64,000 nucleotides of DNA from NCBI GenBank assembly GCA_001662655.1, contig KV460246.1, one strand, 5' to 3'. The position numbers and the translations under genes were made by a program. The notes beneath the pieces are model-generated. The model was given only the letters and a program-made list of their open reading frames with translations, was not told where the DNA came from and searched no databases. The stretch is from Pseudogymnoascus verrucosus (lineage: Eukaryota). How positions within the stretch are numbered: position 1 is the first letter of the stretch; the number at the start of each line of letters is the position of its first letter. Below are positions 35,122 through 45,883 of the stretch, in pieces.

Positions 35122-38100
35122 TCAACCGCCATTAGGGTGTTGGGCACCCTGAGGCGCAGCATCCTTCGGTGCAGGAGCGCTGGCAGGGAACATGAGAGCT
35201 CCCACTTTGGCAGTGCGAGGAGCCATCAACTTGTGGTATCTGAATGTTGGCAAGGTAGATGGGCCGATCTGGTTTCCGCGCATGTCGTATTTAACGCCGG
35301 GCTTTGTGACCCTGTTCTGGGCCTTGCTCTTCGGTTTAGCAGGTGAGTTGGTGGCTGGTTGGTTGATGCGAAGATTGTCAATGACTTTCATGTCCTCTTG
35401 AGAGATATGGGGTACGCCATCATCGACTTTAATGTCCTCTTGAGAGATACGGGGTACATCATCATCATCGTCGATATTAATCGGGCATTGGAGGGAGTCC
35501 CCAATGCTGGATGGTGTTACAGATGCAGATGGGAGAGTTGTCTGGCCTGGGGACCAGGCGTTCGGTGTCACTGATGCTGCGCTCGTCATGACTCCCGTGT
35601 TTGACGAAGGAACCGGGTTCCAATCCGCTATTGAAAATGGGTCTTCGCTGTCAAATGGGAAGTCGGTCACGGCGTCGAAGTCGAAGTTGTCGAACAGATC
35701 TGCGCCACCAAATTGGGATGTAAACGCACCAATGACGTCTACCGGGCTAGGGATTATGCCATAGCTGGTAGTCTCCAATTCTTGGCCTGAATTTGTTCCG
35801 GTAGCGTCAGAAGAAAGCTGTTGACTAGCGACTGAGCCATTGGTGACAGGCAAATAGTTTTGGCCTTCATTTGTTCCAGTGAGTCTGGGGGTACCCTTTT
35901 GGTTGGTAACCGTGCCGCTGGGCGAGCCCTGTTGGTCTGAGATGGTGCTATTTCCGCTGGGGGAATACTGTTGGCCCTTAACCATGTCGTTGCTTGCTGG
36001 ATGATACTGCTGCCCTCCAATTGTGCCATTGCCAGCGGGAAAATGCTGCTGCTCTGCAATTTTGCCCTTAGCCTTGCCGTTTGGAAAGTTTTGTTGGTTG
36101 GGAGCCGTACCAGTGATGTTTGGAGAAAAGTGTCGGATTGCAACTGTGCCATTGCCGTTGGCCAAATGTTGTTGGTTGGTCCCCGCGCCATTGATGTTTG
36201 GAGGAAAGTGTTGGTTTGCAACTGTGCTATTGGCGTTGGCCAAATATTGTTGGTTTGCAACTCTGCTATTGACGTTGGCCAAATATGGCTGGTTTACAAC
36301 TGTGCCATTGGCCAAATGTTGTTGGTTGGGAACCGCGCCATTGAAGTTTGGAAGACGCTGTTGGTCTGCAACCGTGCCATTGACACGGGGTAAATATTGT
36401 GCGGAAGAATTGCCGGCATTGCTTTGGCCTTGTATGTTGGCCGTATTTTTGTTTGTGCATGGAACCTGTGGCGATTGAGCTGCAGGAGCTGCAGGCGAAA
36501 AATCAACAATTTGAATATCAAAGTTTTGACTGATTGGAACCCGACGTCCGGAACCGTCCACTTCCGACTTGATATTCTTGCAAAGACCGTCAAATTCGTC
36601 GTTGAATTCTGCGATGCTGCACCCTTTAGGCAGTCCCATGGACTCATGGCGACCACAACGCCTGCAGTATTTAGTTTGTACCCAGGTGCTCTTATTGCTC
36701 TCCGGAACCCCAGCTTCCTCTGGAGCAGGTTTCGCATCTTTTGGTGCCTTCCCAGGAGCCCACTCTGTCAGATCTGCCCAGGAATCGTTTAGGAGACCAC
36801 AGGGGGTGCACAACCATTTTCTACTTTTGTTTTCCACCGCTGTAGCACCTGCGACTGATGATGAAACTTTTTTCCAGTGGTCTCGCTGCTCCTTCAGTGC
36901 CTTCATATCCTCTTCCAGGGTGCTGCGCTTGGAATCAGAAGCCGATAGGCGTAGATGCTCCTTTTTGGCCAGGGCTTTGAATGTGATATATTCTTCTTTG
37001 AGCTCTTCAAATGTGCAGGTCTTTATATTGAATTTAGGACCAGAATCCTTAGAAGCAGTAGCATTTCCTCCCAGCCGAGAGGTCTGGTTTGAAGAGCTGG
37101 CGTCATTTGCTGTGATGGGATCATATCCTGCCATAGTTAGTGAAGACTCTACTGCTTCTGAGGAGCAGCACTTACCTAGCTTTGATACCCCGAAAGCAAC
37201 TACTACCTCTCGAAATTGTTCATCAACCAAGATTCTGTCAATTATAGCACCAAGCTGTGCATCCACGCCGGAGTTTCTCTCTAGCTCAATATCCCCATCC
37301 ATTGCTGCGAGAATGAGCTGTTGAATCTTCCTCACCCCAGGAGACGTCAAAGGAGCAGTTGCTATATAAGATCTCCAAGCAAGCAACTGTGGCTGGGAAG
37401 AGTAAAGAGTAGACGGAGATCTGTGTTGATGTATTGCTGAAATGTGTTCTGGTGCTGGCCTTTTCCTTATCGTAGCTGCTATCGTAGTGTTTACCTGGGA
37501 AGAAGCATTTGCTTTTGGTGACTTGTAAATAGGGCTGTATAAGCTCGCTTCGACACCTTCAGCCTTTGGTGATCCAGCTCCACAAGAAACACCACTTGCC
37601 ATCTGCGTCCCCTGTTCAACCAAAGACAAAGACACTTGGCACGAGGTATGAATATTGTCTTGCGGCTGCTCATATTGCAACCTCTCATCCTGCGACTTCT
37701 CATCTTGCAGCTGCTCAGAGGCTGACACATTTATAGTTGCCTTTCCATCAGCCATGTTCCCAATGTCTGGAGTGGAACAGTTCGACTCCGATAGTGAGAG
37801 CTTCGGAACCATCTCAACCCTGGATCCCATCGATACAGTAAGTTCTTGGCCCCTATCTCCAATACCTCCATCTGGGAGATCATCTGTCTGCCGTGATGCC
37901 AAATGCTTGGTGGAAACAGGTTGGTCGATGACGGCGATGCACTCCCTGTTACACAGGAGGTCAACATCGCTGCCATTTGGCTTGTGTATCTGAGGTACTG
38001 TATCTTGTGAAGGCCTACGTATCCTTGGCATGGCTCTGCCACCCATGGGCCAAATACTAGGAATATTCCCATTGATCGGTGCCAATTGGAGCTGATTAGC

Positions 38101-38652
38101 AAGTTCTTCATCAATACTACCTTGGCAGTCTGCTGATTGAATCGTAGCCAGATGGTACTCCATCGACCCTGTCACCAGCTCCGAAGCATGATGAGGGCCT
38201 TGACAAGATGAACAGAAGCCTAGCCGGTGCCTCTGCCTCTGCCCCAGAGTTGGGAAACTTGAAGGACCATCCGTGAGTTTTTCATGCCGGTGATGGGAAT
38301 TGGGCTCGATATGCTGACATGGACCATAGACTTTACCAGTACGTTCTTGATCTGTCTCGTTCGTAGAGTCAACGCCGATTTTGCTGGCATTCTGTTGTGA
38401 TAGATTATCTATCAAATGGTGGTCATGGGCCTCCGAAGTGGGATACTTTGTGGCGTGCTCCTTTGAGGTGGACTCCTTGTGAGATTCTCCGTTGTCTGAG
38501 AGAGTCGCGGGGTTTATCTTTGGGGGTAGTGTAAGCCCTTGATCTAACCTGGTGACAATCATGCTTGTGGGCATGAAAGAAGCATAAATACCTTCTTCCT
38601 GAGCCTTCTGCATCAGTAGCTTGGAGCCATGGCCTGCAATATCTCGTTCCAT
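35122..38652 (-). CDS. Large uncharacterised protein (about 1,180-1,220 aa) with coiled coil, Cys pairs and N/Q-rich repeats
   Basis: 3.6-kb stop-free frame (track start 38796 is GTG; first ATG is at 38652, MERDIAG); no family recognised. Confidence 0.75.
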   Translation of the reverse strand: MERDIAGHGSKLLMQKAQEEGIYASFMPTSMIVTRLDQGLTLPPKINPATLSDNGESHKESTSKEHATKYPTSEAHDHHLIDNLSQQNASKIGVDSTNETDQERTGKVYGPCQHIEPNSHHRHEKLTDGPSSFPTLGQRQRHRLGFCSSCQGPHHASELVTGSMEYHLATIQSADCQGSIDEELANQLQLAPINGNIPSIWPMGGRAMPRIRRPSQDTVPQIHKPNGSDVDLLCNRECIAVIDQPVSTKHLASRQTDDLPDGGIGDRGQELTVSMGSRVEMVPKLSLSESNCSTPDIGNMADGKATINVSASEQLQDEKSQDERLQYEQPQDNIHTSCQVSLSLVEQGTQMASGVSCGAGSPKAEGVEASLYSPIYKSPKANASSQVNTTIAATIRKRPAPEHISAIHQHRSPSTLYSSQPQLLAWRSYIATAPLTSPGVRKIQQLILAAMDGDIELERNSGVDAQLGAIIDRILVDEQFREVVVAFGVSKLGKCCSSEAVESSLTMAGYDPITANDASSSNQTSRLGGNATASKDSGPKFNIKTCTFEELKEEYITFKALAKKEHLRLSASDSKRSTLEEDMKALKEQRDHWKKVSSSVAGATAVENKSRKWLCTPCGLLNDSWADLTEWAPGKAPKDAKPAPEEAGVPESNKSTWVQTKYCRRCGRHESMGLPKGCSIAEFNDEFDGLCKNIKSEVDGSGRRVPISQNFDIQIVDFSPAAPAAQSPQVPCTNKNTANIQGQSNAGNSSAQYLPRVNGTVADQQRLPNFNGAVPNQQHLANGTVVNQPYLANVNSRVANQQYLANANSTVANQHFPPNINGAGTNQQHLANGNGTVAIRHFSPNITGTAPNQQNFPNGKAKGKIAEQQHFPAGNGTIGGQQYHPASNDMVKGQQYSPSGNSTISDQQGSPSGTVTNQKGTPRLTGTNEGQNYLPVTNGSVASQQLSSDATGTNSGQELETTSYGIIPSPVDVIGAFTSQFGGADLFDNFDFDAVTDFPFDSEDPFSIADWNPVPSSNTGVMTSAASVTPNAWSPGQTTLPSASVTPSSIGDSLQCPINIDDDDDVPRISQEDIKVDDGVPHISQEDMKVIDNLRINQPATNSPAKPKSKAQNRVTKPGVKYDMRGNQIGPSTLPTFRYHKLMAPRTAKVGALMFPASAPAPKDAAPQGAQHPNGG
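35764..36381 (-). repeat. Degenerate 39-bp (13-aa) coding minisatellite, about 16 units
   Basis: Units such as NGTVVNQPYLANV, NSRVANQQYLANA, NSTVANQHFPPNI and NGAGTNQQHLANG; recurrent ttggccaaat..tg.tggtt on the plus strand. Confidence 0.85.
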
Positions 38653-39265
38653 GTTCTCTTCTTGCAGCACTTGGTCTGCTTCTGCTGGATTCAAAACCAG
38701 TTGTGCCCTGGCAGCCAGTGGCAGCCAGTGGCAGTCAGTTATCCTGTCATTCTTTGGAATTCTTGAAAGGCCAAAGGAGTTTTCGTTATTGGTCACGTTC
38801 AGGAGTCAGAATAGCTCGGCTTGAAAGAGCACTTCTGATGAACCTCGAGGAGCAATGAACAATGAACAATGAAACAAAGTTTTGAACTGTTGACGCTTAA
38901 CGCTTGACATTTGTCCTCGAGGCATCGAGGCCGCAAGGCACCGACTTGCTTATCGCGATAGTGTCCCTTATCGGGCAGCTGTCAACAAGAAAGTCACAGG
39001 TCGGATTATTTTGAAGCCGATAGTCCGACACTAGCCAGGAGCTCCCACTTGGCAAGACATCTATTGGATGGCCTGGACGTCTATCGAGGTCTACTGATGG
39101 ATGTGCGGCTACATTAACTCTCACTCCGTAAATTCTCGTACCAAAATCTCTGGGTTACATAAATGCAAAGTGTTATGGAGCTGACAAGCATATTACAATA
39201 GGCCAGACACACACAAGCCATATATAGTGGACATTACCTGGGACACCTATATAGAGGACTTGAAT

Positions 39266-40457
39266 ATGTCGGTGATTTTGTGCACTGGTAAGCCCCCAAT
39301 GCACTTTCCTGCTTCTATCCGTCACCCCCTCCACAAAACAAAGATGGCGAACAAAGCTGACGACTGCGTTATTTTGGTTACAGCTGGCTATGACCATACG
39401 ATTCGGTTAGTAAATATATCCTACAGAAAGGCAGATGAAGGCATGAGCACGTCTAATATCCAGTTACAGTTTCTGGGAGGCCCTTTCCGGAATATGCTCT
39501 CGTACTATCCAGCATCCTGACTCCCAAGTCAACCGTCTCTGCATCTCGCCCGACAAGCGCTTTCTTGCCGCCGCAGGCCACCACAGTGTCAAGCTCTACG
39601 ACATCAAGTCCACCAATCCGAACCCGATCTTGACATTTGAGGGCCACACCAACAACATCACCGGCGTTGCATTCCACTGTGAGGGAAAATGGATGGTCAC
39701 CAGCTCTGAGGATGGAACCGTGAAGATCTGGGAGACTCGCACCGGCACCGTTCAGCGCAGCTACAACCACAATTCCCCAGTCAACGATGTGGTTATCCAC
39801 CCAAACCAGGGCGAGATCATCAGCTGTGATCATGGTGGGAGTGTCAGAATCTGGGACTTGGCCGAGAACAGCTGCTCTCACCAGTTGATTCCTGAGGAAG
39901 ACGTATCGGTCTCGAGCGTCACTGTTGCCAGCGATGGCTCAACCCTTTGCGCGGGAAACAATTCGGTGAGCAAAGCATGGGCGACGTGCACCCCTCTGTG
40001 GGTTAATAAGTCTAACCATCTCTAGGGAAACATTTTCGTCTGGCATCTTGAGCAGTACCGTGAGAAGACAACTCTTGTCCCCATCACTCACTTCAAGGCT
40101 CACGGCCAGTACATCACCAGAGTCCTGCTCTCTCCAGATGTCAAGCACCTTGCTACCTGCTCGGCTGACCACACTGCGAAGATCTGGGAGGTTAAGGACC
40201 TGGACAAGATGATCCCGACCCCGGGAAGCGAGCCCCCCAGCCCAGTTCCATTCAAGCTGGAGAGCACGCTTACTGGCCACCAGCGCTGGGTTTGGGACTG
40301 CGCGTTCAGCGCCGACTCTGCCTACTTGGTCACCGCCTGTAGCGATCATTACGCTCGTCTCTGGGAGCTCCAGACCGAGCAGATTATCCGCCAGTACAAT
40401 GGCCACCACCGTGGTGCGGTCTGCGTTGCTCTCAACGATTACAGTGAAGCTCGCTGA
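39266..40457 (+). CDS. LST8: TOR complex subunit Lst8 (WD40), 4 exons
   Basis: MSVILCT|AGYDHTIR|FWEALSGICSRTIQHPDSQVNRL, GHQRWVWDCAFSADSAYLVTA and CVALND; introns 39288-39383, 39406-39469 and about 39966-40025. Confidence 0.95.
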
Positions 40458-40807
40458 GTTATTGTCTACGGCGGCCAATAGGTCTGATTTCCTCAATCTT
40501 CAGGGCGCATTATACCGGGGCGTTCGTTGCATTATCAAGTTGCGGAAGGGCGGATATGGTCTATTGCTCACTGCTGGGGCGTTTATGGCTGCGAATAGGG
40601 CGTTGTACACGGGAATACTCTGGTAATATGCCGAGTAACGAATTGCTATGAGATAATGATCCTCTTACTGGTCACTCAATGAAACGAAATTTGCTTTGAA
40701 GAAGAGATTCAATTCTTGCCTTGCCTCGCCTCTGAGAAACCCTCGGTTGACTTGATCCAAGCTGTAAACCAACGGGTATTTAAATGCGCCTATAGTTTAA
40801 AATGTCC

Positions 40808-42088
40808 CTAGTCAAGGACTGTATCCCAGATGCTGCTAAAAGCATCCCAGTAAATCAGCTCACCCGTGCCGTCGAACCAGCTCCCATCACTACCCCTTTC
40901 CAAACTTTTCCCATACAGAGCAACCGCTGCCTTGTTCTTTTTAGAGCCATCTATTGTCGCATTACGAATCAACAATGCTCTGTCTCCTTTGGCAGGGATG
41001 ATAATGCTGTGGCCATCTGGGGCCTTCATCATCGCCACCATGGTTTCTTTTCTTGTTTCGCCATCATCTTCTACGATGGTAAGTGACTTAAAGATGCCCA
41101 TCTTGTCTTCATGGGTGGCATAAAAATCACTCATCTCTGCTGGCATCGGAACTGTTTCTAGTCCTTCCAAGATAACTCTTTTCCGACCGCCATCCGAAAA
41201 CTTAATGCCTACCCAGACCCTGCCAAACGCTCTTTCCACGCGCGCCATTTCTTCTGCCGTCATCTTCGAAAGCAACCGCCTATTCTCAGGTTTGATCTTC
41301 GGCGCAAGTGCCAAGATTTTATTCTCTGGCAGGATGGGCTCTACTGGCGTCGTTTGAGGTAGGTATACTTTTTCTCGCAGCCCGCGGATAAGGAGGTCCG
41401 CGCTAATGGGAATCAGAATGTCCTGAAGCGCACCACGAGTAATTTTCTCGGGGTCCGGTATAGAGACTGGCGCTTGAAGTAAGATTTTCCCATGGTCGAA
41501 ACCTATCGGCGAGAGAGTCTGGAGAGTTATGCCTGTTTGCTTGTAGCCGTTCAAAATCGCATAATGAACCGGGGATGGCCCACGTAGATCAGGCAGAAGA
41601 GATAGATGGAGGTTCAACCCGTCATATTCAGTACTGTTAAGCACTCGTGGTGGAACAAAGAGGCCAAATGAGACGGCTATTATGAGATTAATAGATTCGC
41701 CATCAACTTGCGGGAGATCCCAGCCCGTGAAAGTATCTCTCATATGGGTTCTTAGACCTAAACTCTGTGCGGTGGCTATTAATGGCACTTCACGGATTTT
41801 TTTGAGACCTCGGCCATATGGCTTCCCAGGGCGGCAAAGGACGTCGATGGACGCTATCGATGAAGGGTCGCGTTTTTGTTCATCGTAAAGAGCCTGGAGA
41901 GACGCGGCGCTGACATCATCAGAGCCGCAAAAGAGAATACGAAGAGGCTTCGCTGCTGGGGAACTGTATAAGCGGCGATGGGCGGAGTTGAAGTACAAGG
42001 TGCTCCGAGGGACATGAGTGTAGCCCCTGAAAAGACATCCGAGGGCCTGAGTGGACACCCTGAAAATGGGTCTTCTGGGAGAAACCAT
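40808..42088 (-). CDS. FMT1: Mitochondrial methionyl-tRNA formyltransferase
   Basis: Presequence MVSPRRPIFR..., LRILFCGSD, IAVSFGLFVP, LNLHLSLLPDLRGPSPVH and FDHGKIL. Confidence 0.88.
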   Translation of the reverse strand: MVSPRRPIFRVSTQALGCLFRGYTHVPRSTLYFNSAHRRLYSSPAAKPLRILFCGSDDVSAASLQALYDEQKRDPSSIASIDVLCRPGKPYGRGLKKIREVPLIATAQSLGLRTHMRDTFTGWDLPQVDGESINLIIAVSFGLFVPPRVLNSTEYDGLNLHLSLLPDLRGPSPVHYAILNGYKQTGITLQTLSPIGFDHGKILLQAPVSIPDPEKITRGALQDILIPISADLLIRGLREKVYLPQTTPVEPILPENKILALAPKIKPENRRLLSKMTAEEMARVERAFGRVWVGIKFSDGGRKRVILEGLETVPMPAEMSDFYATHEDKMGIFKSLTIVEDDGETRKETMVAMMKAPDGHSIIIPAKGDRALLIRNATIDGSKKNKAAVALYGKSLERGSDGSWFDGTGELIYWDAFSSIWDTVLD

Positions 42089-42740
42089 GGCACACACAGC
42101 TGGCACTGCTGGCACACTGATGGCAGTGTTATTTTTGCAGCTGACTGAGGCCGGGGTATTCGCTACCGAGCTCTGGAGCGTGGTCGAGACAGGCCCGACT
42201 CTATCTTCGTTGAGTCCTATATTTGCATTAATATTTGAGCGAACTAAGCGAGCTACAGCATACAACCAGCTTACATAGGCAGTATCTTGCTACTCAACTC
42301 CAATGTATGCTTTTTCTTCGTCGACACTATCCAGACCGTTGAATTGAGGTTGACATAAATCACGTGAGAAGATATAAAGTGACCATCAGTTTAAGGTGCT
42401 GGAAGCGCGATGTGTTCACATTACCCCTGGCGTAATTGTGATAGCCGCGCGGCAAACCCTCCGAACGGACCACCCCGCGCCAATATAAGGTACTCGAGTA
42501 CAGCTAGGGCTCAAAGTGGATGATCAGCCGACGTCATTCCTGTTATTGTACTTTGGCACAGCTGGCGATACTCTCATCTTGACTTCATCACCATGGAACA
42601 ATACTAAGTCCCATTCGGGCAGAGGCTTAAATACATTGTTAATCTTGGATACAGCATGGGGAAATGCGATCCTTATACACCGGTGTTGATTTCTCCGTGT
42701 CCTTTTGTGCCCTTCCGTGTTACAACCAGATGAGCGTGCA

Positions 42741-45322
42741 ATGTCTCATGCCTCTAGCCACGTTCGTGGAAAAGCTGTACCGGCTCAACTGAAGTTTCTC
42801 GCAATATATAACCCCTCTCTGGGCCGAACCGATGAGACGCGACTTAATCAGATCGTTTATTACTACGACGGGACAGGAAAACCAACGCGAAAGACAGGGA
42901 AAGATACCCTCGGGGGGTCGAAAGAAGAGGAAAATGAGCGGCTGCGACATATTGGCTTTGCCCAAGGCATGGTCGAATTTGGAAGGGCATTTTCCCAAGG
43001 CGGGTCTGTTGATGCGATAGAAACCGAGAAATCGAAGATCATATTACATGAGCTGGAGGTGGGATGGTGGATTTTGGCTGTGAGTTATGTTGGGACAGGG
43101 AATATAACATGTGCTAATTGTCTTCGTAGTCAATAGATTTGACTCGCCTTCCTAAGGCATCCAAGCCCACAGGCCCGAAAGATAAAACAACGGACGATGG
43201 AAATATCGAATACTCCTCACGAGATGTCAAGCCGCCTGTTCTGCTACTTCAAGATTTGCTACGGGCTCATGCTCTATTTCTCCTGCATCATGCATCGTCA
43301 ATAGGCGATTTATTTGCTACAACCGCAAAGCCCAAGTTTACCTCCATACTAGGACGATACTGGGACCAGTTTCTGTCGACATGGAATGTCATGCTGCATG
43401 GCAATCCAGCCGTGGCTGTTTACAGCGGTATAAAAATTGCAGGTTCCGGTGAACTTGGCATGGGAGTTGGAGAGGAAGATAGGGGAAGTGGTGAGCGCGA
43501 AGTACTGGAGGGATTTGTTGGGAGAATTGATGGACTTGTCGACTTAGTCGTTTCGCGCTTTGGTGCAGACTCGGCCGATTCGGATATATCGAAAGCCTCA
43601 AATCAAAACAAAGCTCAGTCACAATTAGGACCTAGTGAGCCATGGTTAGGAACTGGATTGGAACCTGGGCCAAATGATGGTGCAATTTTCCTTGGGGTTG
43701 GGGCATTGTCGAGAAACTCACTCAGGGATGTGACGCACTGGATGGAAGACGTTTACAGTTGGGGTCCACGTGCCTACGGCGTCAAAGGCAACTCAACACG
43801 GACTCGACGCGCACACAGAAATGGGCGACTATCAAGCAAAACTCCGGACAGTAACTCTGCGCGCGGCCATCCATCAAAAGCCAGGAAAACGGATTCTCGT
43901 TCATCAGCGATGTCTACAATTCCACCTATGCCAAATGACGATGGACAGAATGGTGATCTTCCAACAAAGCAAGCGTCGGTTCCCATACTTGATGAAACGG
44001 TAAATAAAACTAGCCTGGAAGTATTGGACCCCCAACCCGCCGTTGAAACGGAACCCAGAGAGAACCGGAGCAACTCAAGTTCCATTCGAAGCCCAAGTAC
44101 GTCTAGTGCCCAAAGCACCAAAGGCGGAACACTTGTGGACTATCTAAAACTGGGATATGGGACACATTGGTCACTCGGCGGAGGTACGCCCACGCCACGA
44201 GATGCCAGCACGCCAAATGGTACGGGACCAGGAACTTCTGCTCCTAGTGGGGAGGTAACTTCTGCAGGCAGAGATAGCCATACCGAGAGCGGCCCTGCCG
44301 ATGATTCTACAGGCCATTATTTGGTTGGACTTATTGGTGATGTGGATGCTGATGACCCTGAAAATTCGGGCTCTGACAAGGTGGGAGCTGATACAACCAA
44401 TCCAAGGATTTCGCTGCGAACGATAAATGCTGAGCTAGACCCAGTGCACTATACCGTATCAGATGAAAATGGAGGGACAAATAATGGCAACCCATCACGT
44501 CCAAATGCATCCAGCGAAGAAGCACTTGATACCCAAAACAGAGTCAGAAAAGACCTGCAAGTAGTTGTTTATGCCAACAAACCTTTCCTCTTCACCCTTT
44601 TCTTTGAAGTTGGGACCGCCTCGCTCGCCGATTCGAGCGTTTACCGATCTCTGCATTACCAGCTGGCGCCCTTGCAACGGCCACTGTTGACATCAACGCG
44701 CCGCAAGCTCCCTCGTCCAAAACTAAGCTCAATATCAGGAGGAGATGTGAAAACTCCAATTTATGACCTTATGTGGGACCCAAAGAAACTTACAATCTGC
44801 TCCACGATCCCGGATATTCCATCCCATTCACCCACGTCGAGCAATCTTCCTGTATGGTCTCGGCTCGAGTCACTGAATACCCACATGCAAATCCTCAATA
44901 CGTTTGCATCAACGCGGAATGAAGGTTCTGAGATTGAGCAGACATGCAAGACTAGTCGCGGATACTGGGTTGTCTGGAGTAGAATTCCAGATCCAGAAGC
45001 AACACAGAAGCAAAGGAAGTCTGAGGGGTCTATCACTCCTGTTGAGGGTGATACAACTCCAGCGGCTTCACCATCGCCAGGCAGTGGACATAGCCCTGGT
45101 GGAGGATCAGATACAAATAAGACCCTGGCTCAAGCAAGCCATGTTCTCGACAAAGCCAGTGTAGCTGGAGACAAAGAGATATTCCTTGTCAGGAAGTCGA
45201 GTGACCCGACATCGACGAACGCATTTGCGAAAGAGAATGCGAATTCGCCAGCTAAATTAGCTCAAGGGATTGGAGTTGATACAAAGAGATATATCGAAGG
45301 GTTATTGGATATGTATAGGTGA
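42741..45322 (+). CDS. CCZ1: Vacuolar fusion protein Ccz1 (longin domain), 2 exons
   Basis: VPAQLKFLAIYNPSLG, NERLRHIGFAQGMVEFGRAFS, KTSRGYWVVW and LAQGIGVDTKRYIEGLL; intron about 43080-43128. Confidence 0.85.
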
Positions 45323-45883
45323 ATTTTATTTTAAATAGAAAAATTCACGAAATATTATTTGTCATATGATATGCGCTCTTGAAAATGAATAAGACATTTG
45401 GAATAAATATTACTAGGTATTATATAGTAATATAATAGAAGAATCCCTTTAATAATAGTAGCAAAGAAGCCCTCAAAATATTATATTGACCTAAACTGTA
45501 TTTTTATACAGTTCTTCTACGCATCATTCATTGAAAGTTTGCGGGAGCCGTTTGTAAATCAGGGAAAGATGTGGCTGAGGGATAAACTGGGGTTAAAGTT
45601 ACTTTCTCATGAACGGGACCTAGCTTATAGTACAGTGCAAATCTGCAGCCATCAAATCGCTCGCGTCGACCTATAATTACTCTACAAAAATCAGCCAGCC
45701 CAGATAAAACTCCTATCCTCAAAAGCCACCCCCAGATACGTCGCTGATTTTGAAATCTTTTCGAAGCCTAAGGAAACCTGGCATTCAGCCAACCCATGAA
45801 CATAAGCCATCTTTGCCTTGTTCTGGGAAACTGCTGTTATGACCCCCCGCCAAATGATGGCAGGCAAGGCAACTCCATAGCAA

